Shown: positions 48,345-57,919 of the stretch, piece after piece
Layout: each line of letters starts with the position of its first letter
Position numbering within the stretch: position 1 is the stretch's first letter
Source: Minisyncoccota bacterium
Lineage (GTDB): Bacteria; Patescibacteriota; Minisyncoccia; Phycocordibacterales; JABMNX01
Direction: 5' to 3'
Assembly (NCBI GenBank): GCA_026195275.1
Contig: JAPHQU010000002.1
Span: forward strand, 69,964-133,963
DNA: 64,000 nucleotides
Made by a program: the position numbers and the translations under genes
The notes under the pieces: generated by a model
Told to the model about the DNA's origin: nothing
Databases searched by the model: none
What the model saw: only the letters and a program-made list of their open reading frames with translations

Positions 48345-49910
48345 ATGAAAAAAGCCACAAAATCAACCAAAAAGAAAACAGAAAGTGCTGGACGATTTGA
48401 GGCACAACTTTTCAAAGCGGCAGACAAACTCCGAAAGAACATAGACGCGGCTGAGTACAAACACGTTGTACTCGGTCTTATTTTTCTGAAGTTCATATCA
48501 GACGCATTTGATGTGCACTACCAGAAACTTGCCTCGGGTAAGGGTGAATATGAGGGTGCCAACCCAGAGGATCAAGACGAATACAAAGCAGAAAACGTAT
48601 TTTGGGTACCGCCAGAAGCGCGGTGGGCACACCTTCATTCACGCGCAAAGTTGCCGAGTATCGGTAAGGATTTGGACGCGGCAATGGAGGCGATTGAGCG
48701 AGCCAACCCGACACTCAAGGGTATCCTCCCGAAAGAGTACGCAAAACCAAACTTGGACAAGGTAGCACTCGGTGGTTTGGTAGACCTTATTGCAGACGTT
48801 GCACTCGGCGAGGAAAGCGAAAAATCAAAAGACCTTATTGGACGTGTGTATGAGTACTTTCTCGGCGAGTTCGCTTCGCTTGAAGGCAAGAAGGGCGGGC
48901 AATTCTACACTCCTAGAAGCATTGTTGAACTTATGGTGCAAATGATAGAGCCAATGACGGGACGTGTGTACGACCCTGCGTGTGGTTCGGGTGGAATGTT
49001 TGTGATGAGCGAGAAGTTTGTGCTCGCACATCGCGGGCGTTTGGAAGACATTTCTATTTACGGACAAGAGAGCAACCACACCACCTACCGCCTTTGCCGT
49101 ATGAACCTCGCGCTTCGCGGAATAGATGGCTCGCAAGTGAAATGGAATAGCGAAGGGTCATTTCTCAAAGACGCACACCCTGACCTCAAAGCGGATTACA
49201 TTTTGGCAAATCCGCCTTTCAACCAAAACGACTGGGGCTGGGACATTCTCAGAAACGACGCTCGTTGGAAGTACGGTTTGCCGCCAGAAGGCAACGCAAA
49301 CTATGCGTGGCTTCAACATATGATCCACCACCTTTCTCCAAAAGGTGTAATGGCAACGGTACTTTCAAATGGTTCGCTTTCCTCCAACCAAGGTGGCGAA
49401 GGAGAACTGCGAAAGAAACTTGTGGAGGAGGATATGGTGGACTGTATCGTTGCGCTTCCAAACCAACTTTTCTACAACACAGGCATTCCTGCTTGTTTGT
49501 GGTTTATCTCACGTAAGCGCATTGGCAACGGCGACAGGAAACGCACAGGAGAAGTGCTATTTATAGACGCGTCGCAAATGGGGGCGCTGGTAGACCGAAC
49601 GCACAGAGAGTTTACCGAGGAGGACATCAAAAAGATTGCGGGCACGTATCACGAGTGGCGACAGAAAAACAACAAGTACAAGGACATCAAGGGCTTCTGC
49701 AAATCATCATCACTCGCGGAGATACAAAAGAACGGCTACGTGCTCACGGCAGGGCGCTATGTGGGTATTGCAGATGGCGCGAAAGACAGCGAGCCGTTTG
49801 AGGAGAAAATGACGCGGCTCACCAGTACCCTCAAGGAGCAAATGGAGCAGGAGCAGACCTTGAACGAGGAAATAAAGAAGCAACTGAAAAAAGTTGGATT
49901 TGAACTATGA
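48345..49910 (+). CDS. hsdM: Type I R-M methyltransferase subunit
   Basis: AADKLR, GQFYTPR, DPACGSGG, NPPF, LFYNTGIP. Confidence 0.96.
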   Translation: MKKATKSTKKKTESAGRFEAQLFKAADKLRKNIDAAEYKHVVLGLIFLKFISDAFDVHYQKLASGKGEYEGANPEDQDEYKAENVFWVPPEARWAHLHSRAKLPSIGKDLDAAMEAIERANPTLKGILPKEYAKPNLDKVALGGLVDLIADVALGEESEKSKDLIGRVYEYFLGEFASLEGKKGGQFYTPRSIVELMVQMIEPMTGRVYDPACGSGGMFVMSEKFVLAHRGRLEDISIYGQESNHTTYRLCRMNLALRGIDGSQVKWNSEGSFLKDAHPDLKADYILANPPFNQNDWGWDILRNDARWKYGLPPEGNANYAWLQHMIHHLSPKGVMATVLSNGSLSSNQGGEGELRKKLVEEDMVDCIVALPNQLFYNTGIPACLWFISRKRIGNGDRKRTGEVLFIDASQMGALVDRTHREFTEEDIKKIAGTYHEWRQKNNKYKDIKGFCKSSSLAEIQKNGYVLTAGRYVGIADGAKDSEPFEEKMTRLTSTLKEQMEQEQTLNEEIKKQLKKVGFEL

Positions 49911-50938
49911 GCGAAAAAATAACAACAGAAAATGTATTTGAGGTAGATGTTCCAGCATTGGCACTGGACAGCCGCTTTGGCAGTTTGGTATTTGAAAACG
50001 CCAACAAAAAACTCGGTAAGGCGCAAGCGTTTCTGAAAGAAGTGTACGATCTTGGCTATCAAGAACTTCTCAACGAAAGTGGTATAAATCAGGTTGGAAA
50101 TCTAACCAACAAACTGACGGAGCATTTGGAATGGCTTCGCAACTTTGATATTGGTACAGTTGCAAACGCAAAGCAGGAGCACGACAACTTTGAAAGTCGT
50201 ATTGACGGCTTCTATAACGATATTTACGAGCAGATACTGATGAGAACGCTCCCGTTCCTCCGAGAGGAGCGCCGTCGCGAAAACCCTGACCAAAAACAGT
50301 TGGATGAGGAGGTAAAGAAAGCAGTACAGGTACGCACTGAGCTTGAGGATGAACTAAAAGCAATACGCGAGGAAACTCAAAAAATCCGCACTGCAAATAA
50401 ACAAGTTGGTTCCGCTAAGGGTCAGAGGGCGGCAGTACAAATGGCGGCACACTTTGATGATGAAGTAGAACGCTATGCAACTCTCTCAAAGTATTGGCTT
50501 TGGGGCGTTGTAGGCGGATATGTCGCTATTGTTGCAGTTCTTGTTTGGCTCGGGTTTGTTACCGCCTCATATGTACATCAAATCGTCTCTTTGCCCGACA
50601 CCGTGGACACGAGTGGTATCTGGAGCGCTGTGATCTCAAAACTCGTTATCTTGGCGGCGCTATGGTATGGCTTATCGTTCGTTATCAAAAACTACAACGT
50701 GAACTCTCATTTGGCGGCAGTAAACCGACACCGCGCCGCAGTGGCACGAACTCTGGAGGACTTCATAGCGGTAGAACAACAGCAGGAAAATCCGCGCTTG
50801 TCGGAAGTGCTACAGCACGCTTCCGAAGCAATGTTCAAGAATGTGCCGATTGGTTTCGTCTCTAAGACAGAACGCGAACAAAGCAATCCCGTGCTTCAGA
50901 TAGTGAATGACCTGATCGGGATAAAGAACAACACATAG
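49907..50938 (+). CDS. Hypothetical coiled-coil protein with two TM helices
   Basis: ATGA overlap with hsdM; helical N-terminus, two hydrophobic segments, HLAAVNRHR motif. Confidence 0.75.
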   Translation: MSEKITTENVFEVDVPALALDSRFGSLVFENANKKLGKAQAFLKEVYDLGYQELLNESGINQVGNLTNKLTEHLEWLRNFDIGTVANAKQEHDNFESRIDGFYNDIYEQILMRTLPFLREERRRENPDQKQLDEEVKKAVQVRTELEDELKAIREETQKIRTANKQVGSAKGQRAAVQMAAHFDDEVERYATLSKYWLWGVVGGYVAIVAVLVWLGFVTASYVHQIVSLPDTVDTSGIWSAVISKLVILAALWYGLSFVIKNYNVNSHLAAVNRHRAAVARTLEDFIAVEQQQENPRLSEVLQHASEAMFKNVPIGFVSKTEREQSNPVLQIVNDLIGIKNNT

Positions 50939-50941
50939 TAT

Positions 50942-51535
50942 ATGGAAATCGTTTATATTCTCACCAACCAAGCAATGCCCGACTACGTGAAGGTTGGGCG
51001 CACCAAAGACCTCCAGCAAAGGTTGAAAAGTTTGTATCGCACACCCGTGCCACTTCCTTTTGAGGTGTTCTATGCGTGCACTGTTGAGAACTCTATGGAA
51101 GTAGAGGCGTGGCTGTTTGAGATTTTTGACGATAGGCGGGTGAGCAAAGAGCGAGAGTTTTTTGAGATAGCGCCAGAGCGCGTTGCCGCGGCATTGCGTG
51201 CACGAGCGGTGCAGGAGGTAACCCCGAAGCAGACGTACACAGAGAACAAAGAGGACGAGGTGGCACTGGAAAAGGCACGCTCAAAACGCGACAAGTTCAA
51301 CTTCGCAATGGTGGGTATTCCTGCTGGTGCTGAACTTACCTTCAGTAGAGACGAGAATATAAGGGCGCGGGTAGTAGACAACCACAACATTGAATACAAC
51401 GGCAAGGTAACGAGTTTGTCTACCTCGGCACAGGAAATACTTGGCTACAACTATGGAGTGGCGGGCACGTTGTATTGGTCGTATGAAGGCGAAACTCTCC
51501 ACGCGCGGCGCGTGCGAATGGAGGAAGGAGAATGA
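50942..51535 (+). CDS. GIY-YIG (T5orf172-type) nuclease with C-terminal RAMA-like domain
   Basis: IVYILTN..MPDYVKVGRT, VPLPF, REFF; C-terminal YNG..TSLS.SA...GTLYW.YEGETL..RR. Confidence 0.8.
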   Translation: MEIVYILTNQAMPDYVKVGRTKDLQQRLKSLYRTPVPLPFEVFYACTVENSMEVEAWLFEIFDDRRVSKEREFFEIAPERVAAALRARAVQEVTPKQTYTENKEDEVALEKARSKRDKFNFAMVGIPAGAELTFSRDENIRARVVDNHNIEYNGKVTSLSTSAQEILGYNYGVAGTLYWSYEGETLHARRVRMEEGE

Positions 51536-52797
51536 ATATGAGCACGACGACACAATGGAAAAAAGGATTTTTATACGAGATCGCGACGGTAGTCGGGGGC
51601 TATGCATTCCGAGGTGAGGATTTTGGAAGTGAAGGAACTGCCGTCATAAAAATAAAAGACATTCAGCCGCCGTATGTTGATATTCAAAATGCCGAAAGGA
51701 TAGATCAACAGAAGTACAATCAACAAAAGATTGAGAAGTTCAAACTTTCAAAGGGAGATTGTTTAGTCGCTATGACTGGAGCGACGATAGGAAAGGTTGG
51801 AAAGATTTCGTATGACGAGGTTTCTTATCTGAACCAACGAGTAGCAAAGGTGGCGGAAAAGAGAGGTGTGGCGGATAAGAACTTTGTTTACTACGCGGTT
51901 TTAGGTAGTGATTTCCAGCGATACGTGAACACAACCTCATCTGGTAGCAGTGCTCAGCAAAACATTAGCGCCGATGATATAGGGCGTTTTCCTATTGTTT
52001 ATCCCATAGACATAAAAGATCAATGTACAATCGCGCAAGTTCTCATCAGTTTAGACAAAAAGATTGAGTTGCTACGGAAGCAAAACGAGACGCTGGAGGA
52101 AATGGCGAGGGCGATTTTCAACGCGTGGTTTGTGGAGTTCAACTTTCCAGATAAGGACGGTAAGCCATACAAAGCGTCTGGCGGGAAAATGGTAGACAGT
52201 GAATTTGGCGAAATCCCAGAGGAATGGCGCGTCGGTACTCTTGCCGAACTTATAGATCAGTTGAGTGAACGCATTGGCTCTGATGAGCAGTCAAAGTACA
52301 CGGTTATGTCTGCAGTAAACACAGGGCAACTCGTGCCTTCAAGTGAGTATTTTACTAAACAGGTTTTTAGTAAGAGCATTTCAAAATACATCAAAATCCA
52401 CCAAGGAGATTTTGCATACAATCCAGCACGTATCAACATCGGTTCTATTGGGAGATTGCGAGAACTTATCTTGGGAGCTGTTAGTCCTGTATATGTCGCG
52501 TTTCGCGCAAAAGAAGGCGCGGGAGCGTTTGTTGATTTCTTGATCCAGACGGCAAAAATGAAAAAACATATTGAACTCTATGCTAACGGGTCAGTGCGGC
52601 AAACACTTGACTATGACGGTTTCGGAGCATTTTCTTTTGCAGTTCCAACGGAAAATATCCTGAAAGAGTTTGACAAGATCACTGCTTCTCTACGGAATAT
52701 TTTTGAACGGAAGGAAGCCCAGATTGAGAACCTGCGAACTGTTCGGGATTTACTACTGCCAAAACTAATGAGCGGAGAGGTTCGCGTAAATACGTAA
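51532..52797 (+). CDS. hsdS: Type I R-M specificity subunit
   Basis: Two TRDs, central LDKKIELLRKQNETLEEMARAIF, GEIPEEW, C-terminal RDLLLPKLMSGE. Confidence 0.95.
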   Translation: MNMSTTTQWKKGFLYEIATVVGGYAFRGEDFGSEGTAVIKIKDIQPPYVDIQNAERIDQQKYNQQKIEKFKLSKGDCLVAMTGATIGKVGKISYDEVSYLNQRVAKVAEKRGVADKNFVYYAVLGSDFQRYVNTTSSGSSAQQNISADDIGRFPIVYPIDIKDQCTIAQVLISLDKKIELLRKQNETLEEMARAIFNAWFVEFNFPDKDGKPYKASGGKMVDSEFGEIPEEWRVGTLAELIDQLSERIGSDEQSKYTVMSAVNTGQLVPSSEYFTKQVFSKSISKYIKIHQGDFAYNPARINIGSIGRLRELILGAVSPVYVAFRAKEGAGAFVDFLIQTAKMKKHIELYANGSVRQTLDYDGFGAFSFAVPTENILKEFDKITASLRNIFERKEAQIENLRTVRDLLLPKLMSGEVRVNT

Positions 52798-52801
52798 ACA
52801 T

Positions 52802-53458
52802 ATGGAAAGCACAGTAGAAAAAATCACCGATACAGTATCCGACGCATTCAGAAGCATAGCCGAGATTGCAAAGGAGCGAATATTTACGCCAATGTATTTC
52901 TACTTCCTTGGTGCGTGGCTCATTACCAACTGGAAGTTTGTGTACACATTCTTTTTTGCTGATGAAAAACTGATACTTGAACACACTGGAATGTTGAAAG
53001 TTGAGTATCTGACGCAAATCTATCCTCACGACTGGACGGCGGTATTTCCGTTATTTGTTATACCGTTCGGGCTCGCGTATTTGGCAGTTTGGTGGTTCTC
53101 TGTCGTTTCCGAGAGGTTTTATAAAAAACACGAGGAGCACCAAATGAATAAGCGTGTGATCAAGCGCGAAGTTGAGTACCGCGAGAAGGTGGCATATTTC
53201 AAATCAGAGCGTGAAGTACGCGAGCAACAACTTGATCCGCAGGTGAAGTATGAGGAGAACAGGGACTACAACGAGCAAATAGACGAGAGCAATCCAGAGG
53301 TGGAAGTGAATGGAGTGCCTATGTTGCCAAGCGAAGTTTTGTATAAAACGGATTACCTTGCATATAAAACAGGGCTAGACGAATATACAGCAGAACTCGC
53401 ACAGAAGGGCGAGGATTTGGCAGTTCAGGCAGAAATAGACCGCCGACGCGGAAAATGA
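52802..53458 (+). CDS. Hypothetical membrane protein (two TM helices plus charged tail)
   Basis: [12 protein letters not shown], second TM helix, charged C-terminus; stop overlaps the hsdR start. Confidence 0.75.
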   Translation: MESTVEKITDTVSDAFRSIAEIAKERIFTPMYFYFLGAWLITNWKFVYTFFFADEKLILEHTGMLKVEYLTQIYPHDWTAVFPLFVIPFGLAYLAVWWFSVVSERFYKKHEEHQMNKRVIKREVEYREKVAYFKSEREVREQQLDPQVKYEENRDYNEQIDESNPEVEVNGVPMLPSEVLYKTDYLAYKTGLDEYTAELAQKGEDLAVQAEIDRRRGK

Positions 53459-56400
53459 TTATGACCAAAATATACGAAAGCGATATAGAACTGTGGGTGA
53501 TAGAACTGCTGGAAAAGCAGGGTTATGTGTATCTATCTCCAGAGGAACAAGAAGCAGAGCGCCCCGATATGCGCGAGGTTGTTTTGCGTACGCGACTTAC
53601 AGAAGCGGTGGCGCGGCTCAACCCGCTAGTACCAAAGGACGCACAAGACGACGCGATACGGCAAGTAATAAACCTCTCGCCACAGCACTTGGTGGAAAGC
53701 AACGAGACATTCCAGAAAATGCTCACTGACGGAGTGAGCGTGGAGGTGGCGGGCGATCAGGGTGGCACACGTGGCGAAGTGGTGCACCTGATTGATTTTG
53801 CTAACCCAGAAAATAACGACTTGGTGGTAACCAATCAGTTCATTATTCCGTACGACCACACGAGTAAACGTCCAGACGTGGTGCTTTTAGTAAATGGACT
53901 ACCGCTTGCCGTGATTGAACTCAAAAATCCTGCGGACGAAAACGCGACGGTACACAAGGCGTTCACGCAACTCCAAAACTACAAAGACGCAGTGCCACAA
54001 CTCTTTACCTACAACGGCATTCTTGTTGCCTCTGACGGTTTGGATACTCGTGTCGGTTCACTCACGGCTCCGTGGGAGCGCTTTGTGGTGTGGCGTGCAC
54101 CTGAGGATAAAAAACACGGCGAGGATAAACGCCCGCAAATGGAAACGGTAGTTGAGGAAATGTTGAAACCCGCAGTGCTTCTGGATTTGATACGCAACTT
54201 CACGGTGTTTGAAAAGGTGAAAAAAGAGAACAAAGAGACAGGGCTGGTAGTGGTGGAAAGTGTAAAAAAGGTTGCGGCATACCACCAGTACTATGTGGTC
54301 AACAAGGCGATCAACTCAACGCTTCGCGCTACCGAGGAGCACGGAGAGCGCAAAATTGGTGTGGTGTGGCACACACAGGGATCGGGCAAATCCCTCTCTA
54401 TGGTGTTTTATACAGGCAAAGCGGTGCTTGCACTCAATAACCCGACGGTAGTGGTGATTACCGACCGCAACGATTTGGACGACCAGTTGTTTGATACATT
54501 TGCGGCGAGCCGCGGGCTTCTGCGCCAAGAGCCAGTACAGGCAGAAAGCCGAGCACATTTGAAAGAACTCTTACAGACCGCAGGAGGCGGGATTGTGTTT
54601 ACGACCATCCAAAAGTTTTTCCCCGAGGACGGCGGCGAGACATACGATCAACTGACCGACCGCAAAAACGTAGTGGTGATTGCAGACGAAGCGCACCGTA
54701 GCCAATACGGATTTGCCGCTCGTACGGTATTCAAAGATGACGAAGCGATTACCCGCTATGGCAACGCAAAATATTTGCGCGATGCACTTCCGAATGCCTC
54801 ATTCATTGGTTTTACGGGCACACCGATTGAAAGCACTGATCGCTCCACCCCTGCCGTGTTTGGTGAATACCTTGATGTGTACGACATTCAAGACGCAGTG
54901 CGCGATGGCGCTACTGTTCCTATCTACTACGAGAGCAGATTGGCAAAAGTACACCTGCCAGAGGAAAAAAGTGAGGAAATAGACGCAGACGTGGAAGCAG
55001 TGGCAGAAGGTTTGGAGTTCACCGCAAAGGAAAAAGCGAAGGCGAAGTGGGCGCAATTGGAAGCAATCATTGGCAACCAAGAACGCCTGAAAGAGATAGC
55101 GAAGGACTTGGTGGTGCACTTTGAAGCGCGACAGGAAGTGAACGTGGGCAAGGCAATGATTGTGGCGATGAGTAGACGCATTGCCGTTGATTTGTACCGC
55201 GAGATAGTGGCACTTCGCCCAGAGTGGTACAACGACGATTTGGAGAAAGGTGCAATCAAAGTTGTAATGACGGCGAACTCGTCAGACCCGAAGGAGTTTC
55301 AGCCACACCACACGAATAAAGAAGCACGACGACGACTTGCCGATCGTTTCAAAGACGCGGGAAGCGACCTCAAACTAGTTGTGGTGTGCGATATGTGGCT
55401 CACAGGATTTGATGTGCCGTCTTTGCACACAATGTACATAGACAAACTTATGCGCGGACACAATCTTATGCAGGCGATTGCCCGCGTGAACCGCGTCTTT
55501 AGAGATAAGGAAGGAGGTCTTATCGTGGACTACATTGGTTTTGCCGCCGACCTCCAGAAAGCACTCGCCGTGTATACGGGAAGCGGTGGTACAGGAAGCC
55601 CGACCGTAACTCAAGACAAGGCGGTGGAGATAATGCTGGAGAAATACGAAGTCGTGAAGCAAATGTTCCACGGCTTTGACTACCACCGTTACTTCACGCT
55701 TGATACTCGTGGCAAACTCGGGCTTATTTTGGAAGCGCAGGAGCACGTCTTGGCGCAAGACAATAAAGTACCCGCAGAGGGCGAAAAGAAGTCCCAGAGC
55801 CCTTCAGAGCGCTTTATACACGAGGTTACAGCCCTCTCTAAGGTCTTTGCCATTGCGGTGCCACACGAGGAGGCACTGGCGATACGCGACGAAGTGGCAT
55901 TTTTCCAAACAATCAAAGCCCGCTTGATCAAGTTTGACCCAGACCCGACCAACTGCCGCGAGGATATAGAGACGGCAATACGACAGATTGTAGATAAGGC
56001 AGTGGTTACCGAAGGCGTAGTGGATATTTTCCAAGTCGCGGGTATTCCAAAGCCAGACATTTCCGTGCTCTCGGACGAGTTCCTTGCAGAGGTGCAGGGA
56101 ATGAAGCACCAGAATGTCGCAATGGAACTTATGAAGCGGCTCCTCAATGACGAAATACGCTCACGATTGCGAAAGAACCTCATACAAGGAAAGAAGTTCT
56201 CAGAAATGCTCGGTAAGACCATCACGAAGTATCAGAACAACCTCCTCACTGCCGCCGAAGTCATACAAGAACTCATTGCGCTTGCGAAAGAATTACGCGG
56301 TGCAGATGAACGCGGTGAGGATTTGGGACTTTCTGACGATGAACTCTCGTTCTATGACGCATTGGCAAACAACGAAAGTGCTCGTGATGTAATGAACGAC

Positions 56401-56613
56401 GAGACACTTCGCGATCTTGCGCGAGTGCTGGTAGACAGGGTACGGGCGAGTGCCACGGTGGACTGGACGATACGCGAGAACGTAAAAGCAAAGTTGCGCG
56501 TCTTGGTAAAACGTACGCTCGCCAAGTACGGCTATCCACCAGACAAGCAGGCAATCGCTACGGAAACCGTGCTCAAACAGGCGGAACTTTTCGCTGATGA
56601 TTGGGCGAAATAA
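53455..56613 (+). CDS. hsdR: Type I restriction endonuclease subunit R
   Basis: [49 protein letters not shown]. Confidence 0.96.
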   Translation: MIMTKIYESDIELWVIELLEKQGYVYLSPEEQEAERPDMREVVLRTRLTEAVARLNPLVPKDAQDDAIRQVINLSPQHLVESNETFQKMLTDGVSVEVAGDQGGTRGEVVHLIDFANPENNDLVVTNQFIIPYDHTSKRPDVVLLVNGLPLAVIELKNPADENATVHKAFTQLQNYKDAVPQLFTYNGILVASDGLDTRVGSLTAPWERFVVWRAPEDKKHGEDKRPQMETVVEEMLKPAVLLDLIRNFTVFEKVKKENKETGLVVVESVKKVAAYHQYYVVNKAINSTLRATEEHGERKIGVVWHTQGSGKSLSMVFYTGKAVLALNNPTVVVITDRNDLDDQLFDTFAASRGLLRQEPVQAESRAHLKELLQTAGGGIVFTTIQKFFPEDGGETYDQLTDRKNVVVIADEAHRSQYGFAARTVFKDDEAITRYGNAKYLRDALPNASFIGFTGTPIESTDRSTPAVFGEYLDVYDIQDAVRDGATVPIYYESRLAKVHLPEEKSEEIDADVEAVAEGLEFTAKEKAKAKWAQLEAIIGNQERLKEIAKDLVVHFEARQEVNVGKAMIVAMSRRIAVDLYREIVALRPEWYNDDLEKGAIKVVMTANSSDPKEFQPHHTNKEARRRLADRFKDAGSDLKLVVVCDMWLTGFDVPSLHTMYIDKLMRGHNLMQAIARVNRVFRDKEGGLIVDYIGFAADLQKALAVYTGSGGTGSPTVTQDKAVEIMLEKYEVVKQMFHGFDYHRYFTLDTRGKLGLILEAQEHVLAQDNKVPAEGEKKSQSPSERFIHEVTALSKVFAIAVPHEEALAIRDEVAFFQTIKARLIKFDPDPTNCREDIETAIRQIVDKAVVTEGVVDIFQVAGIPKPDISVLSDEFLAEVQGMKHQNVAMELMKRLLNDEIRSRLRKNLIQGKKFSEMLGKTITKYQNNLLTAAEVIQELIALAKELRGADERGEDLGLSDDELSFYDALANNESARDVMNDETLRDLARVLVDRVRASATVDWTIRENVKAKLRVLVKRTLAKYGYPPDKQAIATETVLKQAELFADDWAK

Positions 56614-56619
56614 AGTTTT

Positions 56620-57366
56620 ATGAAAAAGAGAGAAAACAAAAAGGCGCTTCTACAAGCGCAGGAGAAAATGTATTTGTATCTGACTTCTCTTGCGTCAGAT
56701 CAGTCATTTCTCGCACGAGTAACAGAAATACGGGAAAGGTATGGAATACCCGAAGGTGGTTTTGAAAGTGATTTGAAGGACGAGTTTGAGTTTATAAACT
56801 CACTCCCCAAGGGAAACGAAGCGGATTTCCAAAAAGAAATATACGACCTTGCAGAGAGTTTCAATGCCTCTCTTGCGTGGCTCACGAATATTCGCGATTA
56901 CGTACTTTACAATGACTTCTTTTTTACGAAAGTTTCCCCTTTGGTTGAAATGGTTGATGTGCTCGGTCTTACAGACGAGATAGTAGAAATGGACGTAGAT
57001 TTGTATGAGGAATACGAAGTGGACGAAAACGCAGTCGTGCGGCGGGTACTCAACAATCTGACTAACAGTTATCCGCTTGCAATTTTTGTTTCGCCTTATG
57101 CAACAGGTCGCGACATAATAGATTTTATAAAAAAGAACAAAACTAGCATTGAAACTCTCCAGAACAAACACTGTGATAGTGATGTGCGGATTGGCAAGGT
57201 GAGAAAAAGAAAAGCGAACGTACAGGAGAGGGATTTGTTCATTTGTAACAACAAACACCTTTCTGCCAAGGTGCTAATGAGTAAAGTGAACGAGAAGTTT
57301 GGTACACAACTGGACTACGATTACATAAACAAAATCATTGCCAAAAAGTGCCCGCGAGGAAAATAA
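56620..57366 (+). CDS. Hypothetical protein, possible C-terminal HTH
   Basis: 248-aa ORF; basic helical C-terminus ERDLFI...KVNEKFG...YDYINKII. Confidence 0.65.
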   Translation: MKKRENKKALLQAQEKMYLYLTSLASDQSFLARVTEIRERYGIPEGGFESDLKDEFEFINSLPKGNEADFQKEIYDLAESFNASLAWLTNIRDYVLYNDFFFTKVSPLVEMVDVLGLTDEIVEMDVDLYEEYEVDENAVVRRVLNNLTNSYPLAIFVSPYATGRDIIDFIKKNKTSIETLQNKHCDSDVRIGKVRKRKANVQERDLFICNNKHLSAKVLMSKVNEKFGTQLDYDYINKIIAKKCPRGK

Positions 57367-57762
57367 GTGGGCTCACTTGTAGTCCTATATCACAAATACA
57401 TTTCCTCCTACTCTGGCTTCTAGGTCAGAGTTTTTCTTTGACCTGAACAATCAGCTCAGACGAGGACAGAACCTTCCCTCTGCCTCGGAAAAAACAATCA
57501 AACGGGAATAGTGAGAGGTTTTCAGATCACGCGGGCGGGAGAACCGCCCCCCTAATCTGAAAATCTCCTAGGAAGGTGTTGGAGGAAAGTTGGGACATTG
57601 GAAAAGAGAGGACGAACGGCGGGCTGACCTTTTGCCCAACACTGTCCATCTCTCTTTTGCTCCGATCCTTCTCTGAACTGTACATACCCACCTCTCCCTT
57701 TTGGGTAGGGTGCCCAACTCCCTAATGTCTTTAGGGAAAGCGGGAGATATGGAAAAGATTTT

Positions 57763-57900
57763 ATGGATATACCAGACGAAAAAATCCAGAAACTCCGAGA
57801 GATATACCGTAAAGAATACGGGGTTGAAATCTCTGACGAGGAGGCAAAAGTACTCGGCGAATATCTCGTGAACCTTTTTCGTGCTGTATACAATGTTTGA
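57763..57900 (+). CDS. Small helical protein (45 aa) upstream of the recombinase, not in the ORF track
   Basis: MDIPDEKIQKLREIYRKEYGVEISDEEAKVLGEYLVNLFRAVYNV*; ends 19 nt before the recombinase ATG. Confidence 0.65.
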   Translation: MDIPDEKIQKLREIYRKEYGVEISDEEAKVLGEYLVNLFRAVYNV

Positions 57901-57919
57901 AATCCTATAGAATAAACTT

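Noticed and set aside
51532-52797. hsdS phase-variation shufflon driven by the recombinase
   Set aside because: There is only one hsdS, with no silent TRD copies or flanking inverted repeats seen.
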